A stretch of DNA of 64,000 bases from Actinomycetota bacterium (GTDB lineage Bacteria > Actinomycetota > Nitriliruptoria > Euzebyales > JAHELV01). This document shows positions 51,411-61,535 of the stretch, in pieces. Position 1 is the stretch's first letter, and each line of letters opens with the position of its first letter. The notes beneath the pieces were generated by a model. It did not search any database. It worked only from the letters and a program-made list of their open reading frames with translations, and had not been told where the DNA came from. Where the stretch lies: assembly GCA_019347695.1 (NCBI GenBank), contig JAHWKT010000002.1, positions 1,824 through 65,823 of the forward strand, read 5' to 3'. Made by a program: the position numbers and the translations under genes.

Positions 51411-53189
51411 TCAGCGCGGCTGGCGGGTCCGCAGTCCCAGCGTCCGGAGCTGGTCAGCGTCGATCGACGACGGCGCTCCCGTCATCGCGTCGGCGCCCGT
51501 CTGCGTCTTGGGGAAGGCGATCACGTCGCGGATCGAGTCCTCGCCCGCCAGCAGCATCACCAGGCGGTCCAGCCCGAACGCGATGCCGCCGTGTGGGGGC
51601 GCGCCGTAGGCGAACGCGTCGAGCAGGAACCCGAACCGCTCGGCGGCGGTCTGCTCGTCGATGCCCAGCAGCGCGAAGACCCGCTGCTGGACGTCGGTCC
51701 GATTGATCCTGATCGAACCGCCACCGATCTCCGTGCCGTTGAGCACGATGTCGTACGCACGTGCGGTCGTCTGACCCGGTGTCTGCTCCATCGTCTCGAG
51801 CGCTTCGTCGGTCGGCGCGGTGAACGGGTGGTGCACCGAGTCCCACCGCCGCTCATCGTCGTTCCACTCGAATACCGGCGGCTCGGTGATCCAACAGAAC
51901 TCCCACCGGTCGTCGGCGATCAGGTCGTGGTCGCGGGCGAGCGCCAGGCGCAGCGCACCCATCAGCTGACGGGTCGCGCCGACCGCGCCGGCACCGAAGA
52001 AGATCGCATCGCCGGGCTCGGCGCCGGTCGCGGTCAGCAGCGCACTGGTCTCGTCGTCGCTCATGAACTTGGCGAGCGGGCTGCGCAGCGTCGCGTCGTC
52101 GTTGACCACGGCCCACGCCAGACCCTTCGCGCCGCGGCTGCGGGCGAAGTCGACCCAGCCGTCGAACTGCTTGCGGGTGAGCTGTCCCCCACCGGGCAGA
52201 CACAGCCCGACGACCGTGCCGTCGGCGTCGAGCGCGCCGGCGAACACGCCGACGTCGGTGCCGGCGAAGACGTCGCGCAGATCGCACAGCTCCATGCCGA
52301 ACCGCAGGTCGGGCTTGTCCGAGCCGTACCGCGCCATCGCCTCGGCGTAGGGCATCCGCGGGAACGGCGGATCCAGCTTCACGTCGAGCACCCGCGACCA
52401 GATCGTGGTCAGCAGGTCCTCCACCAGCGTGTAGATGTCCGCCTCGTCGATGAAGCTGGCCTCGAGGTCGAGCTGGGTGAATTCGGGCTGGCGGTCGGCG
52501 CGGAAGTCCTCGTCACGGAAGCAGCGCGCGATCTGGTAGTAGCGTTCGACGCCAGCGACCATCAGCAGCTGCTTGAACAGCTGCGGCGACTGGGGCAGCG
52601 CGTAGAACGCACCGGGACGCATGCGCGACGGCACCAGGAAGTCGCGGGCGCCCTCCGGCGTCGAGCGGGTGAGCAGCGGCGTCTCGACGTCGATGAAACC
52701 GTGCGCCTCCATCACCTCGCGGATGACCGCAGTGGCCTGCGACCGCATCCGCAGCGCCCGCGCCACCGGCGTGCGTCGCAGGTCGAGGTACCGGTGGCGC
52801 AGGCGGGTGATCTCGTCGGCCTCGACCCGGTCGTCGATCGGGAACGGGGGTGTCTCGGCCGGTGCCAGGATCTCCACCCGGCTGGCGGCAACCTCGACCT
52901 CCCCCGTCCCGAGCCGCTCGTTGACCATGCCCGACGGCCGCAGTCGCACGGTGCCATGCACGGCCACGACATACTCGTTGCGCACATCATGGGCGACCTG
53001 CAACGCCGCGTTGCTCTCGGGGTCCGCGACCACCTGCACGATGCCGGTGCGGTCCCGCACATCCAGGAACGCGACACCGCCGTGGTCGCGACGGCGATCC
53101 ACCCAACCGGCGAGCGTGACTGCGGTACCGTCATCGCTCGCGCGCAACGTGCCGGCGCCGTGGGTCCGCATCGCTCCGTAGGGGGTCAC
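51411..53189 (-). CDS. aspS: aspartate--tRNA ligase
   Basis: OB-fold N-terminus (LAGWVDRRRDHGGVAFLDVRDRTG), class II motifs FRDEDFRADRQPEFTQLD and GGGSIRI..G.APPHGG.A.G.DR. Confidence 0.95.
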   Translation of the reverse strand: MTPYGAMRTHGAGTLRASDDGTAVTLAGWVDRRRDHGGVAFLDVRDRTGIVQVVADPESNAALQVAHDVRNEYVVAVHGTVRLRPSGMVNERLGTGEVEVAASRVEILAPAETPPFPIDDRVEADEITRLRHRYLDLRRTPVARALRMRSQATAVIREVMEAHGFIDVETPLLTRSTPEGARDFLVPSRMRPGAFYALPQSPQLFKQLLMVAGVERYYQIARCFRDEDFRADRQPEFTQLDLEASFIDEADIYTLVEDLLTTIWSRVLDVKLDPPFPRMPYAEAMARYGSDKPDLRFGMELCDLRDVFAGTDVGVFAGALDADGTVVGLCLPGGGQLTRKQFDGWVDFARSRGAKGLAWAVVNDDATLRSPLAKFMSDDETSALLTATGAEPGDAIFFGAGAVGATRQLMGALRLALARDHDLIADDRWEFCWITEPPVFEWNDDERRWDSVHHPFTAPTDEALETMEQTPGQTTARAYDIVLNGTEIGGGSIRINRTDVQQRVFALLGIDEQTAAERFGFLLDAFAYGAPPHGGIAFGLDRLVMLLAGEDSIRDVIAFPKTQTGADAMTGAPSSIDADQLRTLGLRTRQPR

Positions 53190-53219
53190 CGGATGATCCT
53201 TGGGTCGAGGGTGTAGAGC

Positions 53220-54083
53220 ATGGGTGATCGAGCAGAACCGCCACCCCAGGGGGCGGAGCGACCCATGCTACGTGGCCTGGCGGCGCTGGTGCGTGCCGCC
53301 CACGTCGAGCCATCGGTCGCGGTCACGGCGGCGGCGACGGCGCTGGCCGTCGGCGCCGGCCTCGGTGGGCGCGCCGTGCGAGTGGCACTTGCGGTCGGCA
53401 CGGGCCAGCTGTCGATCGGCTGGAGCAACGACTGGCTCGACCGACATCGCGACGCCGCCAGCCGGCGGCTCGACAAGCCGCTCGTACGTGACGAGATCGG
53501 CGCGCGGTCGGTGGTGATCGCCGCGCTGGTCGCGCTGGTGGTCTGTGTGGGCTTCTCACTCGCGCTGGGACCTGCCGCCGCGGCTGCACATCTGACCGGC
53601 GTCGCCGCCGGCTGGTGGTACAACCTGCGCGCCAAGCACACCGTGTACAGCGTCGCGCCGTGGGCGATCGCGTTCGGGCTGCTGCCGGCGGCGGTCACGC
53701 TGACCACCCCACTGGAGCGTTGGCCGGCGTGGTGGGTGGTCGCAGCCGGTGCGCTGCTCGGTGCGGGGGCGCACATCGCCAACGCCCTGCCCGACCTCGA
53801 GGACGACCGCCGCACCGGCGTCGAGGGGCTGCCACATCAGCTGGGACGCCGTGGGTCGTTGATCGCGGCGACCACATGCGTCGGTGTCGGTGTCGCGCTG
53901 GTGGCGTTGGGGCCGGGACCGCGGCCGGCGGGCATCGCGATCGGCATCCTCGGCGCCGTCGGGTTGGTCTGGGTGAGCTACGCGTCATGGCGGGGACGCG
54001 ACCGCCTGGCGTTCCGCGGTGTGGTGGTGCTGCTGCTGCTGCTCACCGTCGGCCTCGTCACCAGCGGCACGGCCCTATTCTGA
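53220..54083 (+). CDS. UbiA-family prenyltransferase
   Basis: NDWLDRHRD (NDxxDxxxD) and DLEDDRRTG Asp-rich motifs in a polytopic membrane protein. A start at M16 (53265) is possible. Confidence 0.8.
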   Translation: MGDRAEPPPQGAERPMLRGLAALVRAAHVEPSVAVTAAATALAVGAGLGGRAVRVALAVGTGQLSIGWSNDWLDRHRDAASRRLDKPLVRDEIGARSVVIAALVALVVCVGFSLALGPAAAAAHLTGVAAGWWYNLRAKHTVYSVAPWAIAFGLLPAAVTLTTPLERWPAWWVVAAGALLGAGAHIANALPDLEDDRRTGVEGLPHQLGRRGSLIAATTCVGVGVALVALGPGPRPAGIAIGILGAVGLVWVSYASWRGRDRLAFRGVVVLLLLLTVGLVTSGTALF

Positions 54084-54092
54084 CCGCCAAAG

Positions 54093-54147
54093 TTCGGGGT
54101 GGTCGACGAAAGCAGGCCCATTCTCGACGTTTGTCGACCACCCCGAA
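54093..54147. repeat. 15-bp perfect inverted repeat (27-nt spacer) in a convergent intergenic region; likely bidirectional terminator
   Basis: TTCGGGGTGGTCGAC at 54093-54107 and GTCGACCACCCCGAA at 54133-54147. Partial further copies GGTGGTCGAC (54160-54169) and TCGGGGTGGT (54175-54184). Confidence 0.6.
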
Positions 54148-54189
54148 GTCTGCCCCCAAGGTGGTCGACACACGTCGGGGTGGTGCGGG

Positions 54190-54861
54190 CTACAGGGCGC
54201 GGAGGAAGGGGTTAGTGGCCCGTTCCGTGCCGACGGTCGTATCGGGGCCGTGGCCGGGGTGGACGACGGTCTCGTCGGCCAGCGGCAGCACGACGCGGCG
54301 CAACGAGTCGTTCTGCTGCGCCATCGACCCACGCGGGAAATCGGTGCGGCCGACCGAGCCGGCGAACAACAGGTCGCCGGCGACCATGATCGCTTCGCCG
54401 TCGTCGGCGAGGAACACGCACGACCCGGGCGTGTGGCCCGGTGTGTGCCGCACCATCAGCCCGAGATCGGCGACACCGAGCACCTGGCCGTCCTTGATGT
54501 CCTCGAGCCGCTCGGTCGGCGGCTCCCATCGCAACCCGAACTGTGCCTCCAGATTGGCGAGCGATGCACCGATTCCCGCGGCGGGGTCGTCCCAGAGCCA
54601 CCGGTCGTCCGGGTGTAACAGCACCGGCAGATCGAGCCGTTCGGCAACCTGCGGCGCCGACCACAGGTGATCCAGGTGGCCATGCGTCAGCAGCACCGCC
54701 TCGCACGTCAGCCCGAGCGCGTCGAGGCGCGCGATCACCGGATCGGCGCCGTCCTGGCCCGGATCGACGACGACGGCCCGACCCGACTCTCGGTCACCGA
54801 CGATGAAGCAGTTCGCCTGCCACATCCCCAGCACCAGACGATCGACGACCCGTGCGGACAT
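54190..54861 (-). CDS. MBL-fold metallo-hydrolase (glyoxalase II-like)
   Basis: LLTHGHLDHL (HxHxDH), HTPGHTPGS, GDLLFAGSVGRTD. Start at MSARVVD. Confidence 0.88.
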   Translation of the reverse strand: MSARVVDRLVLGMWQANCFIVGDRESGRAVVVDPGQDGADPVIARLDALGLTCEAVLLTHGHLDHLWSAPQVAERLDLPVLLHPDDRWLWDDPAAGIGASLANLEAQFGLRWEPPTERLEDIKDGQVLGVADLGLMVRHTPGHTPGSCVFLADDGEAIMVAGDLLFAGSVGRTDFPRGSMAQQNDSLRRVVLPLADETVVHPGHGPDTTVGTERATNPFLRAL

Positions 54862-54961
54862 GCCTGCCCTTTCCGTGCGCGCGAGTGCAAGATACCTGTC
54901 GCGGTGTTGGCGTCCCGCCGTCAGACTCGTCGGTAGAACACGCCACAGACAAGGAGCAGCA

Positions 54962-55819
54962 TTGACGCAGGTCATCTCACTGCTGTTGATCGCCGGCGTG
55001 ACGCTGCTCATCAGCCGCCTCGGCGCGATCGCTCTGACCGCGACCGGTCTGCCACGACCCATCGCGAAGTTCCAGGCGAGATCGGCGCTGTCGGGTGCCG
55101 GCTACACGACCAACGAGTCGGAGTCGGTGGTCAGCCACCCGGCGCGCCGGCGGATCGTGATGACGCTGATGACGGTGGGCAGTCTGAGCACCGCCGGCAT
55201 CATCGCGAGCCTGATCGCCACCTTCGGTAACGTCTCGGGGTACGGGGTTGGGTTCCGACGCGGCGTCATGATCGTCGTCGGCGTGATCTTGATGTGGTTG
55301 GTTCTGCGGACTCCGACGCTCGACCGTTTCCTGTCACGGGCGTTCGCCGGCGTCGTCAAGCGGATGACCGACGTCGACATCCGCGACTACGGCAACATGC
55401 TCCGCCTGTCGGGCGACTACGGGATCTCCGAACTGCTCATCGAGCCCAGCGACTGGCTGGCGGACAAGACGTTGGCGGAGCTCGACCTGTCCCACGAGGG
55501 GCTGCTGGTGCTCGGCATCGTGCGGGGTGACCACTACTACGGCGCGCCGAAGGGCACGTACATCCCGCGACCCGGTGACACGCTGCTGGTGTACGGGCCG
55601 GTCGAACGGCTGGCGGAGCTCGACCAGCGGGAAGCGGGCGAGGCCGGGAAGGCTGCGCACGACGCGGCAGTCGCCGGGCAGCAGGAGATCGAGAAGCGTG
55701 AGCGCGTCGCGCAGGCAACGGAGACCGCTGCGACCCCCAACCTGCAGGGCGCGACGGAGACCGATGACGTCGACGACGTCGGGGCGGCGGATCCCACCGA
55801 CCAGCGTCCGAGCTCCTGA
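54962..55819 (+). CDS. membrane protein with C-terminal TrkA-C (RCK_C) domain
   Basis: TTG start is 6 nt after AAGGAG. Has N-terminal TM helices and LIEPSDWLADKTLAELDL...LLVLGIVRGD...PGDTLLVYG, the RCK_C pattern. Confidence 0.7.
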   Translation: MTQVISLLLIAGVTLLISRLGAIALTATGLPRPIAKFQARSALSGAGYTTNESESVVSHPARRRIVMTLMTVGSLSTAGIIASLIATFGNVSGYGVGFRRGVMIVVGVILMWLVLRTPTLDRFLSRAFAGVVKRMTDVDIRDYGNMLRLSGDYGISELLIEPSDWLADKTLAELDLSHEGLLVLGIVRGDHYYGAPKGTYIPRPGDTLLVYGPVERLAELDQREAGEAGKAAHDAAVAGQQEIEKRERVAQATETAATPNLQGATETDDVDDVGAADPTDQRPSS

Positions 55820-55840
55820 CCGTCCGCCGACCGCGCCCGG

Positions 55841-58312
55841 TCAGCTCCCGTTGCTCTGCGGGATCACGCGAAACGCGTCGTAGACCGACTCCACCCGCGT
55901 CGCCTGCGCAAGGATGTGGTCGAGGTGGGCGATGTCGGCGAGCTCGAACGTGAACCGCAGCTTGGCCACCCGGTCGCGACGCGTGGTGACCTGCGCGCTC
56001 AGGATGTTGACGTGCAGATCGCCGAGCACGGTCGTGATGTCACGCAGCAGGTGCTTGCGGTCCAGGGCGTCGACCTGCATCGTCACGCGGAACATCGCCG
56101 TCGCGTTGGGATCCCACGCCACGTCGACCAGGCGGTCGGTCTGTCGCCGCAGGTTCCCCGCGTTGGTGCAGTCGGAGCGGTGGACGCTGACGCCGCGGCT
56201 CTGCGTGACGAACCCGAGGATCTCGTCGCCGGGCGCGGGACTGCAGCACTGCGCCAGGTTCACCATCAGGTCGTCGAGCCCGTCTACGAGCACCGCGCTG
56301 TCGCCCCTCGACGGCGGCTGCGCGACCGTGGTTGGGAGGATCTCCTCGCCCTGGTCCTCGTCGGTCAGTCGGCCGACGAGGTGGTTGACGACGGTCTGGG
56401 CGGCCAGATGTCCCTCGCCGATGGCGCGGTACAGCGCGTCGACGTCGGCGTAGTTCATGTCCGCGGAGACCGCGGCGATCTCCGAGCCGGTCATCAGCCG
56501 CCGCCAGCCGGTGCGCTGCCGCGCCAGCTCCGCGCGGAGACCCTGGCGGCCCTTCTCGATCGCGTCGACGCGGCGCTCACGCGAGAACCACTGCCGGATC
56601 TTCGACCGGGCACGTGACGAACCGACGAAGGTCAGCCAGTCGCGGCTCGGGCTCGCGTCCTTCGCCCGCGATGTCAGGATCTCGACGGTCTCGCCGTTGT
56701 GCAGCTCGTACTCGAGCGACACGAGCCGGCCGTTGACGCGCGCGCCGACGGTCCGGTGGCCAACCTCGGTGTGGATGGCGTAGGCGAAGTCGACCGGCGT
56801 CGAGCCGGTCGGCAGCGCCTTGATGTCGCCGTCGGGCGTGAAGACGAACACCTCGTCGGCATCGAGGTCCAGCCGCATGTTCGACAGGAACTCGTTGGCG
56901 TCGTCGGTCGCCGCGTGCATGTCGATCATCTGCGACAGCCACTGCGCCTCGGAGTGGTCGGCGCGGGCCGACTGCTTGTACTTCCAGTGGGCCGCGACGC
57001 CGAACTCGGCGGTCCGGTGCATCGCCTGGGTGCGGATCTGCACCTCGAGCGTCATGCCGTCGGGCCCGACCACCGTGGTGTGCAGCGACTGGTAGAGGTT
57101 GAACTTGGGCATCGCGATGTAGTCCTTGAACCGGCCCGGAACCGGATGCCATCGCGAGTGGACCATGCCCAGTGCGCCGTAGCAGTCCTTGACGCTGTCG
57201 ACGATCACGCGGATCCCCACGAGGTCGTAGATCTCGGAGAACTCCTTGCCGCGGCGCACCATCTTCTCGTAGATCGAGTAGTAGTGCTTCGGGCGGCCGC
57301 TGACCTCCGCCCTGATCTTGGCACCGCGCAGCAGTTGCTCGACCTCGCCGACGATCTGGTCGAGGTAGCGGTCGCGTTCCGGCTGGCGCTCCCGAACCAT
57401 CGCCTTGAGCTCGTCGTAGCGCTTGGAGTGCAGCGTCGCGAACGCCAGGTCCTCGAGCTGCCACTTGAAGTTCTGCATGCCGAGGCGGTGCGCCAGCGGC
57501 GCGTAGATCTGCAGCGTCTCCTCCGCGATGCGCTCCTGCTTGTCCCGTGACATGTGGTGCAGGGTGCGCATGTTGTGCAGGCGGTCGGCCAGCTTGATCA
57601 ACAGCACCCGGTAGTCGCGCGCCATCGCGAGCAGCATCTTGCGCAGCGACTCGGCCTGGCGCTCGAGCGACGAGGTTGCCTGGATGCGATCGAGCTTGGT
57701 CACCCCGTCGACGAGCATCGCGACGTCGTCACCGAACTCCGACGCCAGCTCCGCGGCGCTCATGACGGTGTCCTCGACGGTGTCGTGGAGCAACGCCGCG
57801 ACGATGGTGTCGGTGTCCATCCCGAGCTCGGCCAGCGTCTCGGCCACGCCGACCGGGTGGACGATGTAGGGCTCGCCGGACTTGCGCAGCTGCCCTTCGT
57901 GCGCCCGCTCGGCACAGATGTAGGCGCGCACGACCTCGCGGACGTCGACCTTGGGTGCGTGCTGCTTGATCTTGCCGACCAGCGGCTGGAGGTTCTCGGG
58001 CACCTGCAGGCCGAGGTCGAACGGCAGCCGCGACAGCACCGCCTTCACCCCCGACGGGCGCGCCCGCGGGAGGCCTTCGATCAACTGCGCAGCTTCGCGC
58101 CGGGCGTCGGCCGCCGGCGCATGGCCGTTGTCGATGCGTGGGAGGGGCTGGGTCGTGGCGAGTTCGTCGGCGTCCTGCGGCGCATCGACGACGTCGGCCG
58201 CATGGCGGCCCGTCGTCTGCGCAGCGGGGTCGTCCACGCCCAACGGATCCTTGTCGTGCCGGGCAGATCGCTTCGTACGACCATGATAGCCAGCACGCAG
58301 TTGTGCGGACAA
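55841..58312 (-). CDS. relA: bifunctional (p)ppGpp synthetase/hydrolase
   Basis: HD hydrolase (HPVGVAETL, LHDTVEDT), synthetase (YRVLLIKLADRLHNMRT, DYIAMPK.N.YQSLHT), TGS and ACT domains. Confidence 0.95.
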   Translation of the reverse strand: MSAQLRAGYHGRTKRSARHDKDPLGVDDPAAQTTGRHAADVVDAPQDADELATTQPLPRIDNGHAPAADARREAAQLIEGLPRARPSGVKAVLSRLPFDLGLQVPENLQPLVGKIKQHAPKVDVREVVRAYICAERAHEGQLRKSGEPYIVHPVGVAETLAELGMDTDTIVAALLHDTVEDTVMSAAELASEFGDDVAMLVDGVTKLDRIQATSSLERQAESLRKMLLAMARDYRVLLIKLADRLHNMRTLHHMSRDKQERIAEETLQIYAPLAHRLGMQNFKWQLEDLAFATLHSKRYDELKAMVRERQPERDRYLDQIVGEVEQLLRGAKIRAEVSGRPKHYYSIYEKMVRRGKEFSEIYDLVGIRVIVDSVKDCYGALGMVHSRWHPVPGRFKDYIAMPKFNLYQSLHTTVVGPDGMTLEVQIRTQAMHRTAEFGVAAHWKYKQSARADHSEAQWLSQMIDMHAATDDANEFLSNMRLDLDADEVFVFTPDGDIKALPTGSTPVDFAYAIHTEVGHRTVGARVNGRLVSLEYELHNGETVEILTSRAKDASPSRDWLTFVGSSRARSKIRQWFSRERRVDAIEKGRQGLRAELARQRTGWRRLMTGSEIAAVSADMNYADVDALYRAIGEGHLAAQTVVNHLVGRLTDEDQGEEILPTTVAQPPSRGDSAVLVDGLDDLMVNLAQCCSPAPGDEILGFVTQSRGVSVHRSDCTNAGNLRRQTDRLVDVAWDPNATAMFRVTMQVDALDRKHLLRDITTVLGDLHVNILSAQVTTRRDRVAKLRFTFELADIAHLDHILAQATRVESVYDAFRVIPQSNGS

Positions 58313-58342
58313 CGACTCGCTGCGGTCACCTGAGCACGCCGG

Positions 58343-58382
58343 GCTCGGTCAGTACGTGAGCAGCTCGGTCAGTACGTGAGCA
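58343..58382. repeat. perfect 20-nt tandem duplication spanning the apt stop codon
   Basis: gctcggtcagtacgtgagca occurs twice back to back (58343-58362, 58363-58382). It contains the last apt codons LLTY*. Confidence 0.9.
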
Positions 58383-58902
58383 GGCTGAAGTAGTCGTGAT
58401 CGGCGATGCGCTGGGCACCACCGAGATCCGTCAGCTCGATCACGAACGCGAGTCCCGCGACCTGCGCGCCAGTGCGTTCGACCAGCTCACATGCGGCGGC
58501 CGCGGTGCCGCCGGTCGCCAGGACGTCATCGACGATCAGCACCCGGTCGCCGTCGCCGCAGGCGTCGGCGTGGATCTCCAGGGTCTCCGTGCCGTACTCG
58601 AGTTCGTACGTCTCGCGCATGGTGTCATGCGGCAGCTTGCCCTCCTTGCGCAGCGGCACGAACCCCGCGCCGAAGTGGTACGCGACCGGGGCAGCGAAGA
58701 TGAACCCGCGGGCCTCGATGCCGACGACCTTGTCGATCGAACCGCGCCCGAAGCTCACCACGACGGCGTCGACGGCGCTCGAGAACGTGGCGGGGTTGCC
58801 GAGCAGTGGCGTGATGTCCTTGAATGTCACGCCCTCACGCGGGAAGTCGGCGACATCGCGGACGTGCGCGGACAACAGATCGGCGTCGAACTGGATCCTC
58901 AT
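58369..58902 (-). CDS. apt: adenine phosphoribosyltransferase
   Basis: FPREGVTFKDITPLL and the PRPP motif VLIVDDVLATGGTA. Confidence 0.95.
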   Translation of the reverse strand: MRIQFDADLLSAHVRDVADFPREGVTFKDITPLLGNPATFSSAVDAVVVSFGRGSIDKVVGIEARGFIFAAPVAYHFGAGFVPLRKEGKLPHDTMRETYELEYGTETLEIHADACGDGDRVLIVDDVLATGGTAAAACELVERTGAQVAGLAFVIELTDLGGAQRIADHDYFSLLTY

Positions 58903-59001
58903 GATGCTCCCAGGCGGTGCGCGGTCGTCGCATGGTAGGTCCGGCGGCCGGTGAGACGCACGATCTTCAGGCCACGGCCGTACCGTTCCGGGCGGATCGC
59001 G

Positions 59002-60003
59002 TCAGGCCACGCCGCCGCGTCGCGTCTCGAGGCGGTGGCGCAGCTCGGCCCACCGTGGCTCACGCTCCTTGAGCCAGCACAGCAGCGGGGTGGCCACGAT
59101 CAACGACGAGTACGTGCCGACCGCCATGCCGATGAACAGCGCGAGTGCCAGATCCTCGAGCGTGGTGGCGCCGAGCAGCTGCGCGCCGATGAACAGCAGC
59201 GCACCGACCGGCAGCAGCGACGTGATCGACGTCGACAGCGAGCGCACCAGCACGCTGTTGAGTGACTGGTTGGCGACCTGCGAGTAGGTCCGCGATGCGG
59301 CGGACCCGAGCCGTTGGGTGTCCTCGGTGATGCGGTCGAACACGACCACCGTGTCGTACAGCGAGTAGCCCAGGATGGTCAGCAGGGCGATGACCGACGC
59401 GGGGGTCACCTGGAAGCCGACGAGCGCGTAGATGCCGATCGTGACCGCGACGTCGTGCAGCAGGGTCAGCAGGGCGGCGACCGCCATCCGCCACTCGAAC
59501 CGCAGCGAGATGTAGATCGTCACGAGCAGCAGGAACGCGCCGAGCCCCTCGAGCGCCTGCCGGCTGATCTGCTCGCCCCACCGCGGACCGATGGCGCTGA
59601 CCTCGATCTGGTCGGTCGGCGCACCGGTCAGCTCCGACAGGGCCGCGACGACTTCCCGCTGCTGGCCGCCGGCGACCTCATCGAGCGCGGTGGTCGAGAC
59701 CAGCGCGCCGCTGCCGTCGGTCGTCAGCTGCACGGTGGCCTCGTCGATGCCGAGGTCGCCCAGTGTGGTGCGGATGTCGTCGGCGGTGAACGACTGGGTG
59801 GCATTTTCGACGATGAGTGACGTGCCCCCGGTGAAGTCGATCCCGAAGTTCAACCCCCGGATCACGACCGCCGCCCCGCAGACCGCGAGCACCACCAACG
59901 TGACGATCAGCCACTGTCGCGACCGACCGACGATCTCGAAGTCCGTCTGACCATCGAAGAACCGCCGCACCCGCCCCTCTCGCCACTTCATCGCAGTCGT
60001 CAT
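59002..60003 (-). CDS. secF: protein translocase subunit SecF
   Basis: LNFGIDFTGGT, six TM segments, conserved position after secD. Confidence 0.92.
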   Translation of the reverse strand: MTTAMKWREGRVRRFFDGQTDFEIVGRSRQWLIVTLVVLAVCGAAVVIRGLNFGIDFTGGTSLIVENATQSFTADDIRTTLGDLGIDEATVQLTTDGSGALVSTTALDEVAGGQQREVVAALSELTGAPTDQIEVSAIGPRWGEQISRQALEGLGAFLLLVTIYISLRFEWRMAVAALLTLLHDVAVTIGIYALVGFQVTPASVIALLTILGYSLYDTVVVFDRITEDTQRLGSAASRTYSQVANQSLNSVLVRSLSTSITSLLPVGALLFIGAQLLGATTLEDLALALFIGMAVGTYSSLIVATPLLCWLKEREPRWAELRHRLETRRGGVA

Positions 60004-60045
60004 TGCCTGTCCTCTATCGTCCTGATCGCGCCACCAACCGACGCC

Positions 60046-61527
60046 TCATCTGCTCTTCACCTTCTGGCGCGGGCGCGCCTCGGGTTCGTCGGACGTCGCG
60101 GACGCGGTGCGCAGCCCCATCCACGACGCGTTGGCGAGCCTCGGGCTGCGGGCGACCAGACCGAAGGTCGACCGCGTGAAGGCCGCGAACAGGATCGTGT
60201 CGATCAGCGTCGACAGGCCCAGCGTGAACGCGAAGCCACGCACGGGGCCGACCGCGAGCAGCCACAGGACCACCGCGGCCATGAACGACACCGTGTTGCC
60301 GGTCAGGTTCGTGCGGAACGCCTTGCGGAACGCATGCTCTGCGGCGCTGCGGACCGTCCTGCCGGCCCGCCGCTCGTCGCGGTAGCGCTCGCGGTAGATG
60401 ATCGACGAGTCCGCGGCGATGCCGATCGACACGATGATGCCGGCGATGCCGGCCAGCGTGAGGCTGAACCGCACCGTGTTGCCGAGCACGATGATCAGCC
60501 CGTAGACGACCACCCCGAACATGGCGAGCTCGAGCACGGCGAGCGCGCCCAGGCCCCGATACAACACGATCAGGTACAGCGCGACGAGCAGCAGGCCCAC
60601 GATGCCGGCCTGCAGTCCGGCGATCAGCGAGTCACGTCCGAGCGTCGGCGACACCGACTGGGACTGGGCGAACTCGAGCTGCAGCGGCAACGCGCCGGTG
60701 CGCAGCACGACCGCCAGATCGCGCGCCTCCTCCTCGCCGCCGACCGTGATGATGCCGCCGCCGCTGATGCCCTGGTTGCAACCGACATCGGCGTTGACCT
60801 CCGGCGCCGACTCGACCCGACCGTCGAGCACGATCGCCAGTTGCCGGGTCGGCGCGCCGACCGGCTCGCACGCCAGTTCCCCGGTCAGCTGCTGGAACGC
60901 CTGGTCGCCGGAGCGCGAGAAGTCCAGGGAGACGAACCAGTTCAGTCCGGTCTGCTCGATCTCGGCGGTCGCGTCCTCGACGTCGTCGCCGGCCACCTCC
61001 ACCGGGCCGAGCTCGTACTTGGTCAGCGGGATGTCGGCCGTGTCCTCGGTCTCCCCACCGACGTCCGGTTCCTGGCCGCACAGCACGACCTCCTCGTCGG
61101 CCGGCGGTGGTCCGTCGAGGATGTCGTCGCAGTCACCGCCGACCTCGTCGTACTGGGGAGACCCTGGCGGCACGATGCCCAGCACCCTGCGGAACTGCAG
61201 CACCGCCGTGCGGCCGATGACCTCCTCGGCCCGCTGCTGATCGGCCACGCCGGGCAGCTGCACCTGGATGTTCTGGCCCTGCCGGGCGATGTCGGGCTCG
61301 GCGACGCCGAGCGCGTCGACGCGCTGACGGATGACCGAGACGGTCTGGTCGAGCTTCTCCTGGTCGACCTCACCCTGGTTGGGCGCCGGGATCAGGGTGA
61401 TCGTCACGCCGCCGCGCAGATCGAGCCCGAGCTGGGGCTGCCACCCGAGCGCGATGATGGTGGCCCACATGGCGGCGACGACCACGACGAAGGCGACGAA
61501 CGCGGTGACGAGACCTCTCTTGCCCAT
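60046..61527 (-). CDS. secD: protein translocase subunit SecD
   Basis: LGLDLRGGV, periplasmic-type domain, C-terminal SecD/F TM bundle (GIAGIIVSIGIAADS). Start at MGKRGL. Confidence 0.92.
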   Translation of the reverse strand: MGKRGLVTAFVAFVVVVAAMWATIIALGWQPQLGLDLRGGVTITLIPAPNQGEVDQEKLDQTVSVIRQRVDALGVAEPDIARQGQNIQVQLPGVADQQRAEEVIGRTAVLQFRRVLGIVPPGSPQYDEVGGDCDDILDGPPPADEEVVLCGQEPDVGGETEDTADIPLTKYELGPVEVAGDDVEDATAEIEQTGLNWFVSLDFSRSGDQAFQQLTGELACEPVGAPTRQLAIVLDGRVESAPEVNADVGCNQGISGGGIITVGGEEEARDLAVVLRTGALPLQLEFAQSQSVSPTLGRDSLIAGLQAGIVGLLLVALYLIVLYRGLGALAVLELAMFGVVVYGLIIVLGNTVRFSLTLAGIAGIIVSIGIAADSSIIYRERYRDERRAGRTVRSAAEHAFRKAFRTNLTGNTVSFMAAVVLWLLAVGPVRGFAFTLGLSTLIDTILFAAFTRSTFGLVARSPRLANASWMGLRTASATSDEPEARPRQKVKSR

Positions 61528-61535
61528 GGGGAGTC

